Shown here: piece by piece, positions 1-9,313 of the stretch
Numbering within the stretch: position 1 is the stretch's first letter
Layout: each line of letters starts with the position of its first letter
Source: a virus
Lineage: Duplodnaviria; Heunggongvirae; Uroviricota; Caudoviricetes
Reading direction: 5' to 3' (one strand)
IMG/VR virus record: IMGVR_UViG_3300035210_000190
DNA length: 64,000 nt
Notes under the pieces: model-generated
The model's input: the letters and a program-made list of their open reading frames with translations, nothing else
Database searches by the model: none
What the model was told of the DNA's origin: nothing
Position numbers and translations under genes: made by a program

Positions 1-59
1 TGAAGGAAAAACGGTTCAGTGGACTGGCATTCAATAACAAGAATGTTCTCAAAATAAAG

Positions 60-83
60 AAAGGGCTTCGGCCCTTTTTTTTG
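60..83 (+). terminator. rho-independent terminator (GGGCttcgGCCC + T8); identical copy at 18958-18982
   Basis: GC hairpin with UUCG loop followed by T-run. Confidence 0.7.
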
Positions 84-163
84 CTGTCTTATTTTTAATG
101 ATATCTATCATTATTGAGCGATTTGTGATATTATAGTCCAAACATTTCGAGGATTCTTTTTTT

Positions 164-1405
164 ATGTCAAATTTTGTTAAGCAGGCTCTTACATTGGTTG
201 ATAAATCTATCAAGGATCTTGACCTTCCGGTTTTTGAAATTGGTTTAGGTGCCACAAAACCAAAAAATCCTGTGATTCTTCATGCCAATGATCAATGTAT
301 TAAGTCCAACATGAAAGATCAAACCATTTACATTTTGACGCATAATGATATTCATATCGTTGATGACCTTTTGAGTTTAACACCCTATTTGAAGAATAAA
401 ATTCAGCGAGTTGGTCAATTTACTTCTGGAATGTATGGCGAAAAATCTCTTTTTAATCAGCCATCACATAAAGTTGTCCTTTTTTCAAATAAAGACATGA
501 TTGAACTTACCATTATTGGCACAACACTTAAATTTTTATTGAGTGCAGACAATATTAATATAAAATCTAACTTAGTCTGTGAATTTGGAGATTTCCCCTT
601 TTCTGATGTGTCTAGTCTTCATCGCATTATTGATGAATGCCTTGATAAACTTGTTGCAGATGTCCTGACAATTACTGGCTTCCCTAACTCAACGGAAACC
701 TCACTAGAAGTTTTAGATTTTCTAAACAAATCAGCAGTTGAATTGCTGTTACCATCACTTGTTAACAGTCGTTGTTCTTTTGTTAAGCCTAGCGAATACC
801 TTGACGCCTTGAAAATTGACTGGCCTGATTTTGTAGATATCAGAATGAAAGACGGCAAAAATAAAAATATTGATGACAATTTTTTCCCATGTGTGTTCAA
901 GGATGACGAACAATTAATATTTATCAGCACATTTTCTCAATTAATTAAGGATAAAAAATCGCACCACAAGTTCGAACAGCTAGTTGGATTAATGTCTTTT
1001 TACAGTTCTTTACTGGACAGGCCACTTAGTTTCCAAACCAATTTTTTTGGTGTTCGGAAGCCTACGTTTTTTGCAAACAAATCATGTGAACATGCTTTTT
1101 ATTCGTTTACTCTTTCTGACCTAACGCTTTCGGTGGGTCATAATATTGTGAGTGGTGAATTTAATGATGGAATTGCTGTTTATGATGTTAAAGAAGACAA
1201 TGAAACTTACAACTATAGTTTCAACTTTACAGTAGGTAAAAAGAAAGATTATGGAACGACAGTTGAACATTTAACCAATGATCTTGATTATGTGTATAAC
1301 TTTGTATTAGAAGCTATAAAAAAACATATTAATCAGAGCATTAGTAATGTTGATGGAGTCATTAATAAAGAACACATTGAAGTCTTTAAAATGTTAACTT
1401 TTTAA
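164..1405 (+). CDS. hypothetical protein, member 1 of tandem 415-aa paralog triplet
   Basis: long ORF; shared N-term and C-term motifs (DLDYVYN...I..HL.VFKML) with next two ORFs. Confidence 0.7.
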   Translation: MSNFVKQALTLVDKSIKDLDLPVFEIGLGATKPKNPVILHANDQCIKSNMKDQTIYILTHNDIHIVDDLLSLTPYLKNKIQRVGQFTSGMYGEKSLFNQPSHKVVLFSNKDMIELTIIGTTLKFLLSADNINIKSNLVCEFGDFPFSDVSSLHRIIDECLDKLVADVLTITGFPNSTETSLEVLDFLNKSAVELLLPSLVNSRCSFVKPSEYLDALKIDWPDFVDIRMKDGKNKNIDDNFFPCVFKDDEQLIFISTFSQLIKDKKSHHKFEQLVGLMSFYSSLLDRPLSFQTNFFGVRKPTFFANKSCEHAFYSFTLSDLTLSVGHNIVSGEFNDGIAVYDVKEDNETYNYSFNFTVGKKKDYGTTVEHLTNDLDYVYNFVLEAIKKHINQSISNVDGVINKEHIEVFKMLTF

Positions 1406-1449
1406 TATTATTGATAACTAACAAAAAAATCTTGAAGGGTATTTTCAAT

Positions 1450-2667
1450 ATGAACGATAATTTAAAAAGATTAGAAGCACTTATTCAATCATTTACGGTT
1501 GATAAAAACATTCCCATGATTAATATTCGTGAAAAAAATTGTTCTATTAATGGTGAAAACCAATGTTCTTTTGCGACAATAAAAGATCAGGATATTTATT
1601 TTATTGCACATGATGATGTAGACATTTTAGAAAAATATTTAAATTTAAGTGTACAGACTATTCAAAAAATAGAACAACTTAGGCAGTTTGCATTTGATAT
1701 TTATGAAAAAACTAATGAATGTCTTTTTAAACGATCAAAGATTAGACTTTTTCATAATAACACAATAGAATTTGCTATACTTGGCTTAGGTCGTTCAGGA
1801 TTAGTTGTCAATCTAACTGATAATATATTGACTGTTTCTCTTGTGGATATTTACAAAGAAACATCAGTTGAATTCATGTCTTTTGATGACATTGACACTG
1901 TATTGTATACGGCAATGGATTCTTTAACTGCTATGCTTATCAATCAAATTGGATTTGAAGGGAATGACCCACTTTCAGAAGATATTCTTAAATTTATCAA
2001 TAAATCTAAAGAACAACTGTTAGCTGATTATTTTAGTGTATTGCCCTTTAATTATATCGATCCCTCTCAATTGATTAAAGGTAGTTGCAATGATTTAAAC
2101 TATGATATTGAATCCATTAAACTAACAAGTGATAATGCTAGAATTCCATATCATATGATAAATATATTATCAAATGCCATTAAAAAGATTATTCCACGAA
2201 AAGAAGACAGTTATAAAATGAGTCAGCTTATTAGTTTAATGAACTTTTATTATAATCTAATAAATATTAGTCCAGAAAATAATGCTTCTAATATTTCATT
2301 TAAATGTTCAGAAAAGGCTTATATTGGTAAAAATAGTGAACTTGATAATATTTATTATTCATTTCATATTGGTTCAAAACTATCTCTTTATGTTGGTTAT
2401 AATTTAAAACATCATAATGATTATTACGTACCTATTTTAGATGCTAATGCTCCTGAACATGGCACTTATTATAAATTTACAACATCTATCAATAATAAAA
2501 AATCTGTAGATTCATATAAAATTTATGAAACTTATACAGATGATCTTGACTATGTTTACACCACTGTTTTAAACGAAATTAAAAGTGAAATAAATGAAAA
2601 AATTAACAATATTGGCGACACCATTACATCTAGACACCTTGATGTTTACAGGATGCTTGTGGTATAA
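1450..2667 (+). CDS. hypothetical protein, member 2 of paralog triplet (alt start 1411)
   Basis: paralogous to 164-1405 and 2710-3957; start chosen by alignment to paralogs. Confidence 0.7.
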   Translation: MNDNLKRLEALIQSFTVDKNIPMINIREKNCSINGENQCSFATIKDQDIYFIAHDDVDILEKYLNLSVQTIQKIEQLRQFAFDIYEKTNECLFKRSKIRLFHNNTIEFAILGLGRSGLVVNLTDNILTVSLVDIYKETSVEFMSFDDIDTVLYTAMDSLTAMLINQIGFEGNDPLSEDILKFINKSKEQLLADYFSVLPFNYIDPSQLIKGSCNDLNYDIESIKLTSDNARIPYHMINILSNAIKKIIPRKEDSYKMSQLISLMNFYYNLINISPENNASNISFKCSEKAYIGKNSELDNIYYSFHIGSKLSLYVGYNLKHHNDYYVPILDANAPEHGTYYKFTTSINNKKSVDSYKIYETYTDDLDYVYTTVLNEIKSEINEKINNIGDTITSRHLDVYRMLVV

Positions 2668-2709
2668 TGCTCAATCTATTATTTATCCAAAATTTGAGTT
2701 GAGTTTATT

Positions 2710-3957
2710 ATGATTATAAGTGAACGTATCAATGAATTAAGAGCAAACATTACATCATTTGTTTTGGAAAAGAACATTCCAATATTTAACACAAAACAAG
2801 GTTCTGGTCAATCTCTTGATGGTCAAAATCAGTGCTTTTTGGCCGAAATGAATACGATGGATGTGTATTTAATTGCACATGAAGATTTAAATATTGTTGA
2901 AAGATTCTTAAATCTAAATGATGAAACCATGAATAAGATAAACAAAATCAGGACATTTTGCTTTGGTTTTTATGCTAGTAGTCATCATGTGGGCAGTCAT
3001 AAACGTTTAAAAGTTAAACTCATTAATGGCAAAGGGATTGAGTTTTCAATCATTGGTGCTGGATTACCACCTTTTATCATTGATTTAAAAGATTATGAAA
3101 TCGTTGTTTCAGTTATGACGCAAAAACATTCTTCAACTGTGGTTTATTCTGGTGCTGATAATCTTGAAGATAAATTAAATTCAGCACTCGATTTAATAAT
3201 CCCTAATATGTTGAATGAATTAGGATTTTTTGATTGCACAGAAAATTCAAAAGAAGTTATTGATTTTATGAACAAGTCAACTGATGACCTGTTAGTTGAA
3301 CATTTTTCTGGATCAACTTTTAACTATATTAATAAAAATGCCTTACTTTTGAGTGCCTGCTCTGATTTGAATTTAAACTTTGATGATTTGCTTAATTACA
3401 ATAAAGATAATAATAATATTGCTCAACATCTGAAAATACCTCCTAACATGATATCTGTTTTTTCCAAAGTAATTAATAAATTAACACAATCCCCCGGAAG
3501 TGATAAAAAAATTAATCAACTCATTAGTTTGGTTTCTTTTTATAATTATTTAACATCTACTAATAGTGAATGCTCTATTACATTTAAAGCATTTTCAAAA
3601 ATTAGTTTGGTGCCTTCTTCAACTCTTGAATTTGATTATTGCTATTTTAATTTTTCAGATATTCTAAATATTACTTTGGGTCATCAATTGAAGCCTAGTT
3701 ATGAATACAATGGTATTTATGAGCACATAATTGATCAAGAAAATGAAAATGGTTATCTTTATAATTTTTTAATTGATATCGAACATAAAGACCCTAAGCC
3801 GGGTGATAAATTTATTAAATATTTCACCAATGATATTGATTATATCTATAATGTTCTTTTGATGGAGATTAAAAAATTAATTAATAAAACGATCTCTAAC
3901 ACAGAAGATGTTATCACATCAAGACAGCTTGAAGTTTTTAAAATGGCGACTGTTTAA
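2710..3957 (+). CDS. hypothetical protein, member 3 of paralog triplet
   Basis: paralogy; RBS. Confidence 0.7.
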   Translation: MIISERINELRANITSFVLEKNIPIFNTKQGSGQSLDGQNQCFLAEMNTMDVYLIAHEDLNIVERFLNLNDETMNKINKIRTFCFGFYASSHHVGSHKRLKVKLINGKGIEFSIIGAGLPPFIIDLKDYEIVVSVMTQKHSSTVVYSGADNLEDKLNSALDLIIPNMLNELGFFDCTENSKEVIDFMNKSTDDLLVEHFSGSTFNYINKNALLLSACSDLNLNFDDLLNYNKDNNNIAQHLKIPPNMISVFSKVINKLTQSPGSDKKINQLISLVSFYNYLTSTNSECSITFKAFSKISLVPSSTLEFDYCYFNFSDILNITLGHQLKPSYEYNGIYEHIIDQENENGYLYNFLIDIEHKDPKPGDKFIKYFTNDIDYIYNVLLMEIKKLINKTISNTEDVITSRQLEVFKMATV

Positions 3958-3995
3958 ATGTTAACAAAATAACCAATCACAATTGTATTTTTTGA

Positions 3996-4361
3996 TTGTG
4001 GTTGGTTTTCATTGATGCTATAATTATGGCTCAATTCAAGAGGATTACAGAAATGGCTGCAATTATTCGTCACTTGTTTGCAAATGAAGAACTCACTCAG
4101 CGTGCGAAATCTGTTTTTGGTGACATCGTTGAAGAAGCCTACCTTTGTTTCAATAAAGAAGATGATGGTGAAAATGAGGCTTTCATCAAATACAGTGAAG
4201 GTATGACGGCTTTTTTGTCAACGCCACAATCACTTCAAGGTTGTCTTGATAGTGATCGACCTATTGCTATTAAATTTAAGAATGGACGCATTGTTGAAAT
4301 GTCGGCCCGTGATGAATTAATGATTGAACGTGTTGATCAGGAGCCATTGCTGGTCGTTTAA
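3996..4361 (+). CDS. hypothetical protein (start may be 4026)
   Basis: ORF followed by hairpin plus T9 terminator at 4383-4428. Confidence 0.55.
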   Translation: MWLVFIDAIIMAQFKRITEMAAIIRHLFANEELTQRAKSVFGDIVEEAYLCFNKEDDGENEAFIKYSEGMTAFLSTPQSLQGCLDSDRPIAIKFKNGRIVEMSARDELMIERVDQEPLLVV

Positions 4362-4429
4362 TCGTTCATACGTGACGTATGTAGGCATATTTTTGTTTAC
4401 ATACGTTTTTTTTTACGCTATACTAACCA

Positions 4430-4655
4430 TGAATTTTAGCACTTCTGCGAAAACTTATTGAGAAGTAATTTTTCGCAGTGGTGGCGGAATTCCACCTCGT
4501 TGGCCGAGGACTATTGTGAAGGGAGTTGGGGGCGGAACCCAATGAAATGTCACAAGGACAATACCCCTTGTGTAACTCTAATGAGACAAATGGCCTTGGC
4601 GACCCGCCAGTTAAACGCACCTGCGGAATCAGGTCGAGGGGTAAAAATTTTTAAC
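4430..4655 (+). ncRNA. candidate structured non-coding RNA (GC-rich, multiple hairpins, between promoter and next promoter)
   Basis: TTTACA-17-TATACT promoter at 4393-4426; GC-rich island in AT-rich genome; hairpins GGTGG-cggaatt-CCACC, CACAAGG-CCTTGTG, ACCTG-CAGGT, CTGCGAAAA-TTTTCGCAG; only overlapping spurious ORFs. Confidence 0.45.
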
Positions 4656-4720
4656 AATCGTTGTCATTGGATAATGATTGTGTCATACTAACTTACATTC
4701 AAAAAAGTGGAGTATTCAAC

Positions 4721-5035
4721 ATGACGCAGTTGACCGAAATTGTAAAATTAGAAGACAAGTCGGCATTGTCTTCATTGTTGTCGCAACCCGGTGTTGTCAT
4801 TGATATTGATCGGTCTGGTAGTATCACTTCCGATGAAATGGAATCGTTTCTCAATGAACTGTCCATGATTACTGCAGCTTCTGAAAAGAAAGATCGTTGG
4901 TTGAATTTTAGTCACAAACTCCGAAATAAAGGCAAAGAAATGACGCCTCGGGTTTGCAGTAAACGCAATGAAGCTCGTTTTAAATTGAGCAAAATTCACC
5001 CTAAATATGAATTTATGTTTACGGATGGTGAATGA
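4721..5035 (+). CDS. hypothetical protein (internal start of ORF 4661-5035)
   Basis: RBS GTGGAG before ATG 4721; promoter TTGTCA-17-CATACT at 4655-4688. Confidence 0.6.
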   Translation: MTQLTEIVKLEDKSALSSLLSQPGVVIDIDRSGSITSDEMESFLNELSMITAASEKKDRWLNFSHKLRNKGKEMTPRVCSKRNEARFKLSKIHPKYEFMFTDGE

Positions 5036-5048
5036 TAGAACAGTTGTA

Positions 5049-5075
5049 AAAAAACCAGCTTCGGCTGGTTTTTTG
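5049..5075. terminator. bidirectional rho-independent terminator (CCAGCttcgGCTGG)
   Basis: hairpin flanked by A-run and T-run. Confidence 0.7.
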
Positions 5076-5088
5076 TTGTTTTCATCTT

Positions 5089-6117
5089 TTAGTTTTTTGA
5101 CTTCACATAAATTTCTTTCAAGCTGCTCACATCGAAATGTGGAGCCGTTGCATAAGAGAAGCTTGGACAGATTCTGTTACCACCCGCTATACCCTGACCA
5201 CCACAAGGCCCACCAGCACCCGCGACAGGCCATAATCCAAAGGTGTCTGTCATATCAGTAGGTCTTAAACCTATCCAACCAGCAGCTTCTGGGTAAAGTG
5301 TTTTAGACCCAATAGGTGTGTTTACTGTGAATCCACCTCCAATGTTTTGACCTTTGTTGAAGGTGCTGAATGTTTGCCAAGCACCAAACATACTAGTCCA
5401 TGTTGCGTTAGCATTCTTTACCATCATAGCAGAACTTATATTTACCGAACCACTTGGTATTACTGGATACGCTGTTGTATTATCTGAATAACTAAGTATT
5501 TTACCCGTTTTCATTGCGATATCTTGGAAGTTACGTTTAGTAGAGCCAGCCGGTAATTGTGTCCAACGACCTACCAATATCCAATTACCTCCTGCAGTGT
5601 TCATATCAACATAAGCCTTAGCTTTATTACCTAAACCATCAGTAATGTCGTAGATACCACTTTGTCCTGCAATTGGATTCATGATCATTAGATAACTTGT
5701 AGCCGTTCCCACTGCCTCTTTGGTATTCGTCAAGTTGCTCATTTCCTTACCCGATGCTTCATCGTTATAAGCAACACCTTTATCACGAATTTCACCCGTT
5801 ACAGCATTTTTTTCTTGCTTGATATAACTTTCATATTTCATACCCTTACAGTTTGTTGCGGTCTGAGTGTAGGTTGTATTGATCAACTCATCTGCTGGTA
5901 ATGGTGCCCAATTTGTACAACCGTATCTATATAATGGATCGTCTTTTGGCAAATCAACTAAACCTAATGATTTAGGTGCAATTTCTAACCACTCAACTTG
6001 TTTGAATTTTATTTCGACAGTGCCCATTATTACTTCGTATTTTGCGTAAGATATTCCGCAAAAAAGAGCAAGTGAAGCCATTGATAATACTTTTACCTTC
6101 TTGTTTGTCATATTCAT
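5089..6117 (-). CDS. secreted protein with signal peptide, Cys-repeat (CTxWxP...TQTAxxC) family, Gly-rich C-terminus
   Basis: N-terminal signal peptide MNMTNKKVKVLSMASLALFCGISYA; shares repeat module with 14742-15686 and 56615-57481; extremely AT-rich upstream flank 6118-6250. Confidence 0.75.
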   Translation of the reverse strand: MNMTNKKVKVLSMASLALFCGISYAKYEVIMGTVEIKFKQVEWLEIAPKSLGLVDLPKDDPLYRYGCTNWAPLPADELINTTYTQTATNCKGMKYESYIKQEKNAVTGEIRDKGVAYNDEASGKEMSNLTNTKEAVGTATSYLMIMNPIAGQSGIYDITDGLGNKAKAYVDMNTAGGNWILVGRWTQLPAGSTKRNFQDIAMKTGKILSYSDNTTAYPVIPSGSVNISSAMMVKNANATWTSMFGAWQTFSTFNKGQNIGGGFTVNTPIGSKTLYPEAAGWIGLRPTDMTDTFGLWPVAGAGGPCGGQGIAGGNRICPSFSYATAPHFDVSSLKEIYVKSKN

Positions 6118-6298
6118 GTTAATCTTTTGTTTTTATTATTTATACATATCTTAATATTTTTAACAATATATTTCAAGTATTATAGTATATATATTTATTT
6201 ATTTTCTTTAATATAGAGGAAAAAAATAAAAAACACCTTTACATAAAATCTGTTTTTTGATATGATACACCTACTAAAAATACACAGGATATAACAAA

Positions 6299-6565
6299 AT
6301 GCCCCGCACATCAGAAGACGCTTTTCAAAACAGTCAGCACTACAGCATTTGTGACAATACTGGTTTTGTTGAGGCTAATGCTAGCTTCATTTACCGTGGG
6401 CACTTGATTTCGTTCTCGACTATCGGTTATAATAAGCCGATTCAGCAGAACCATGTTTTGGTTATCGGTAGCAATGGTAACAGCGACATTATCAAAGAGT
6501 TTGATAGCGTCGAATCCGCCATCGTCAACATCAATAGCTGGTTGAGCAATCATAATCCGAGCTAA
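6299..6565 (+). CDS. hypothetical protein
   Basis: ORF with upstream TGaTATGAT promoter. Confidence 0.55.
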   Translation: MPRTSEDAFQNSQHYSICDNTGFVEANASFIYRGHLISFSTIGYNKPIQQNHVLVIGSNGNSDIIKEFDSVESAIVNINSWLSNHNPS

Positions 6566-6594
6566 TCAGCAATCATTTTCTTAGGAGACTTATC

Positions 6595-7356
6595 ATGCTT
6601 CGTAACGTAACCATTCAGGGCCGATACATTGAAGGCACTTGGCTGCTTTTGGAAACATTCAATGAGTTGACTGAATACATGGAGTTCACTTCGGGCCGTG
6701 TTGTTCAGCAAATTACTCGCCTGTTGAGAAGCAAGGTTGGCCCTGAGCGGTGGGATCATATGATCACTCGCACACCAGAAGGCAGTATCTTGGCGGCTTC
6801 CATCATCTATTGCCAAGCCCACGGCAAAAGCCCATTGATTGAAATGGACGGAATCATTCAGCAAAAGTTTTTGAACATGGCTAATAATATTTCCCAAGGC
6901 AAAAAGCTTCTGGTTAACCCGTTGGGTGGCTATTGCTACATGACAGACGATATTTCCATTCTGTCGGAAGAAGCCTTTGAAACAGGCTTTCAGTTGACTT
7001 ACACCGTCAATGAAAACACTCAATATATCAATCTGGAAAATGATCCAGAACTGGAAGAACGCACACGCCAGTATTTGGGTGAACGAGATCCGAATTACTC
7101 TTATATCTTGAACCTTCACAAGTTCAGTAAAGACGATTTGATCAAGGTATTCACTGAATTCAAAGAAAATGGCGGTTCGATTGTTCATGTCTACACCACG
7201 GGCACCAACGTGCCACAAATGTATGAATACTTTGACGCGGCCAAAGAAGCTGGCTTGAATGACTTTGTGTTTGAATTCAATGCAGGCACTGAAAACGGTA
7301 TTGCAGAGTTCATCAATCATATCAAACCATTGTGCAACCTTAGTTTGGTAGAGTGA
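6595..7356 (+). CDS. hypothetical protein
   Basis: ORF, RBS GGAGAC. Confidence 0.65.
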   Translation: MLRNVTIQGRYIEGTWLLLETFNELTEYMEFTSGRVVQQITRLLRSKVGPERWDHMITRTPEGSILAASIIYCQAHGKSPLIEMDGIIQQKFLNMANNISQGKKLLVNPLGGYCYMTDDISILSEEAFETGFQLTYTVNENTQYINLENDPELEERTRQYLGERDPNYSYILNLHKFSKDDLIKVFTEFKENGGSIVHVYTTGTNVPQMYEYFDAAKEAGLNDFVFEFNAGTENGIAEFINHIKPLCNLSLVE

Positions 7357-7414
7357 TAACGGAAAAATAACCCCTTTATTGGGGTTTCTTAAATCAAATC
7401 AGGAGTGACAGGTA

Positions 7415-8002
7415 ATGACTATGACGGCTATTGAACTTCGCAAAGACCTACTTATTTGGGTGGATCTTGAAACGACTGGCTTAGATATTGCTGACAAGTT
7501 GTCGGGTGCTCAGTATCACAAAATCCTTGAAGTCGGTATTCATATTACCGATTCGAAATTCAATATCATTGATGAAGGCTTTGAAGTGGTTATTCATCAT
7601 GACGTTGAAGAAGCCAAAGCACTGGCTAATGATTACGTCCGTAACATGCACATCACCAGTGGGTTATGGGAGCGTGTGGATGCCTCTCCTGTTTCATTGG
7701 CCGAAGCCGAGAAAATGATCTTGGCGTATATCGATCAGTTCAATATTGCCCCCGGTTCTAGCCCTATTTGTGGTAACAGTGTTTCGCTGGATCGCAACTT
7801 TATCATGGCCCAAATGCCAACCTTTGCCAGCATCTTGCATTACCGCATCATTGATGTAAGCACTCTCAAAGAAATCGTTTGGCGTGTAAAACCAGAAGTA
7901 GGCATGATGGTTAAGAAGCAAGAGAAACACCGTGGACTTGAAGATATTAAAGAGTCTATTGCCGAATACAAAATCTATGAAGAGTTCTTTTTTGTTAAGT
8001 AA
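7415..8002 (+). CDS. orn: oligoribonuclease (Orn) homolog, DEDDh 3'-5' exonuclease
   Basis: motifs LIWVDLETTGLD, SPICGNSVSLDRNFI, HYRIIDVSTLKEI, HRGLEDIKESIAEYKIY closely match bacterial Orn. Confidence 0.85.
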   Translation: MTMTAIELRKDLLIWVDLETTGLDIADKLSGAQYHKILEVGIHITDSKFNIIDEGFEVVIHHDVEEAKALANDYVRNMHITSGLWERVDASPVSLAEAEKMILAYIDQFNIAPGSSPICGNSVSLDRNFIMAQMPTFASILHYRIIDVSTLKEIVWRVKPEVGMMVKKQEKHRGLEDIKESIAEYKIYEEFFFVK

Positions 8003-8127
8003 AACTACATTAAGACGCTATATTTATAAACCTCTTCGGAGGTTTTTTCTATTCAGATGAATTAAATCCTTTTTTTTTGAAACCACTTTGTGCTATACTC
8101 ATTTCATAATTTAAAGAGGCTTTACCC

Positions 8128-8580
8128 ATGAAAGAACATCAAAACCTTATTACTGCTACTAACATCTATGCTTGCATTGTAAACGTCAATAAACTGAAAC
8201 GGGCACTAGAAGAAAGCCCCGAAGGTTTTATTGAACGACTGACTTCATTGTTGCCAGATACTGGTGAAGACTTGATTAAAGCCGATCTGGAAGAAGTGGC
8301 GGAAGCTTATATCTCTGATCCTTGCAAAGAACATTTGCAAAACCTGATGGAATTCATCATGGAAATTGATCATGTAATCATTTTTGACAAAGTGGCTCTT
8401 GAAACCACTGAACTCAACAAGCTGGCTCAGTATGCCGCAGATACTTTTCTGGATGATGACTATCCCCGAGAAACTGAACTGAGCACTTCACGGGTTAACC
8501 AACAAATGAAGGGCAATGAAGCTGCAATTAAAGCCGCTACTGCTGCTTTTGAAAAGTCACTTCGTGAAAAGTTCATGTAA
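8128..8580 (+). CDS. hypothetical protein
   Basis: promoter TGTGCTATACT, RBS AAAGAGG. Confidence 0.65.
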   Translation: MKEHQNLITATNIYACIVNVNKLKRALEESPEGFIERLTSLLPDTGEDLIKADLEEVAEAYISDPCKEHLQNLMEFIMEIDHVIIFDKVALETTELNKLAQYAADTFLDDDYPRETELSTSRVNQQMKGNEAAIKAATAAFEKSLREKFM

Positions 8581-8690
8581 GTAAAACAGAACTCTAAAAA
8601 GGTCACTTCGGTGGCCTTTTTTATTTCTTAAAAATGTTGTTTTTAATGATGACTTTTGGTATAATAGTTTATCAATCCGATAGGTGACTT

Positions 8691-8981
8691 ATGACCCAAG
8701 TATACGAATTCCCACTGTTGACCGAAGCTGAATACAATGCAATGAGTCTATTGCGTACTCAACTGTCGATCTCTGTCGATAAGATCGAAGATAAATCGTA
8801 TGTTGATTGCATGAGAACTATCATTCCGGGTCGTAGTATTTTTAACAAGCTGATTAAGAAAGATCTGTGCTATGAAACCATCGAAGATCCGATGGAAGAT
8901 GGTACCGAGTTTACGCCGTCAATTGACTTGACTGATAAAGGTGTGGCAATGTGCCATGAGCTTGAAAAATACATGAAATAG
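8691..8981 (+). CDS. hypothetical protein
   Basis: ORF with promoter GGTATAAT. Confidence 0.6.
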   Translation: MTQVYEFPLLTEAEYNAMSLLRTQLSISVDKIEDKSYVDCMRTIIPGRSIFNKLIKKDLCYETIEDPMEDGTEFTPSIDLTDKGVAMCHELEKYMK

Positions 8982-9091
8982 TGGAATATTTTCGCACTAT
9001 TAAAAAGTTTTTAAAAAATATCATTTTTGCTATTTACTTGATGTGTTTTTTGTTGTATAATAAAAGTCTAATAAACAAAGGTATTTATATT

Positions 9092-9223
9092 ATGCAAGGT
9101 TCATTTGGTGACGCAACAGAACGTTTCCGTGGTGGCAAAAAACGTGACACAGAAAAAGCAAAAACTCATGAGCAAGACAAGAACTGGCGAAAGAAGCGTC
9201 GTGATCGTCACGTTAACGAATAA
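9092..9223 (+). CDS. 43-aa highly basic peptide (MQGSFGDA.ERFRGGKK...), copy 1 of 3; KGG-stress-protein-like motif
   Basis: three near-identical small ORFs (9092, 54776, 62268) each with own promoter and RBS. Confidence 0.6.
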   Translation: MQGSFGDATERFRGGKKRDTEKAKTHEQDKNWRKKRRDRHVNE

Positions 9224-9239
9224 CGAATTTTACAGTTTT

Positions 9240-9313
9240 GGCTGTTTGTAGTTCAGTCGGCAGAACTCCGTCGAAAAACGGTAGTCGTGGGTTCGAATCC
9301 CATCATACAGCCT
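9240..9313 (+). tRNA. tRNA-like gene with atypical anticodon arm (4-bp stem, 6-nt loop CGAAAA); identity undetermined
   Basis: acceptor stem, D-arm GTTC/GAAC, canonical T-arm GTGGGTTCGAATCCCAT; co-transcribed with basic peptide gene; terminator at 9320-9350. Confidence 0.5.

Noticed and set aside
619-930. Minus-strand ORFs nested antisense inside long plus-strand genes (e.g. 619-930, 6562-7320, 33779-34372, 35907-37028, 38593-39207, 39259-39903)
   Set aside because: They lie entirely within better-supported opposite-strand genes, lack promoters and RBS, and have low-complexity composition. The 6562-7320 and 35907-37028 ORFs mirror confidently identified genes (unknown 253 aa, Rnl1).
4423-4691. 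ORFs 4423-4620 (-) and 4458-4691 (+) in the GC-rich island
   Set aside because: They overlap each other, have no RBS, and the region is better explained as a structured RNA.
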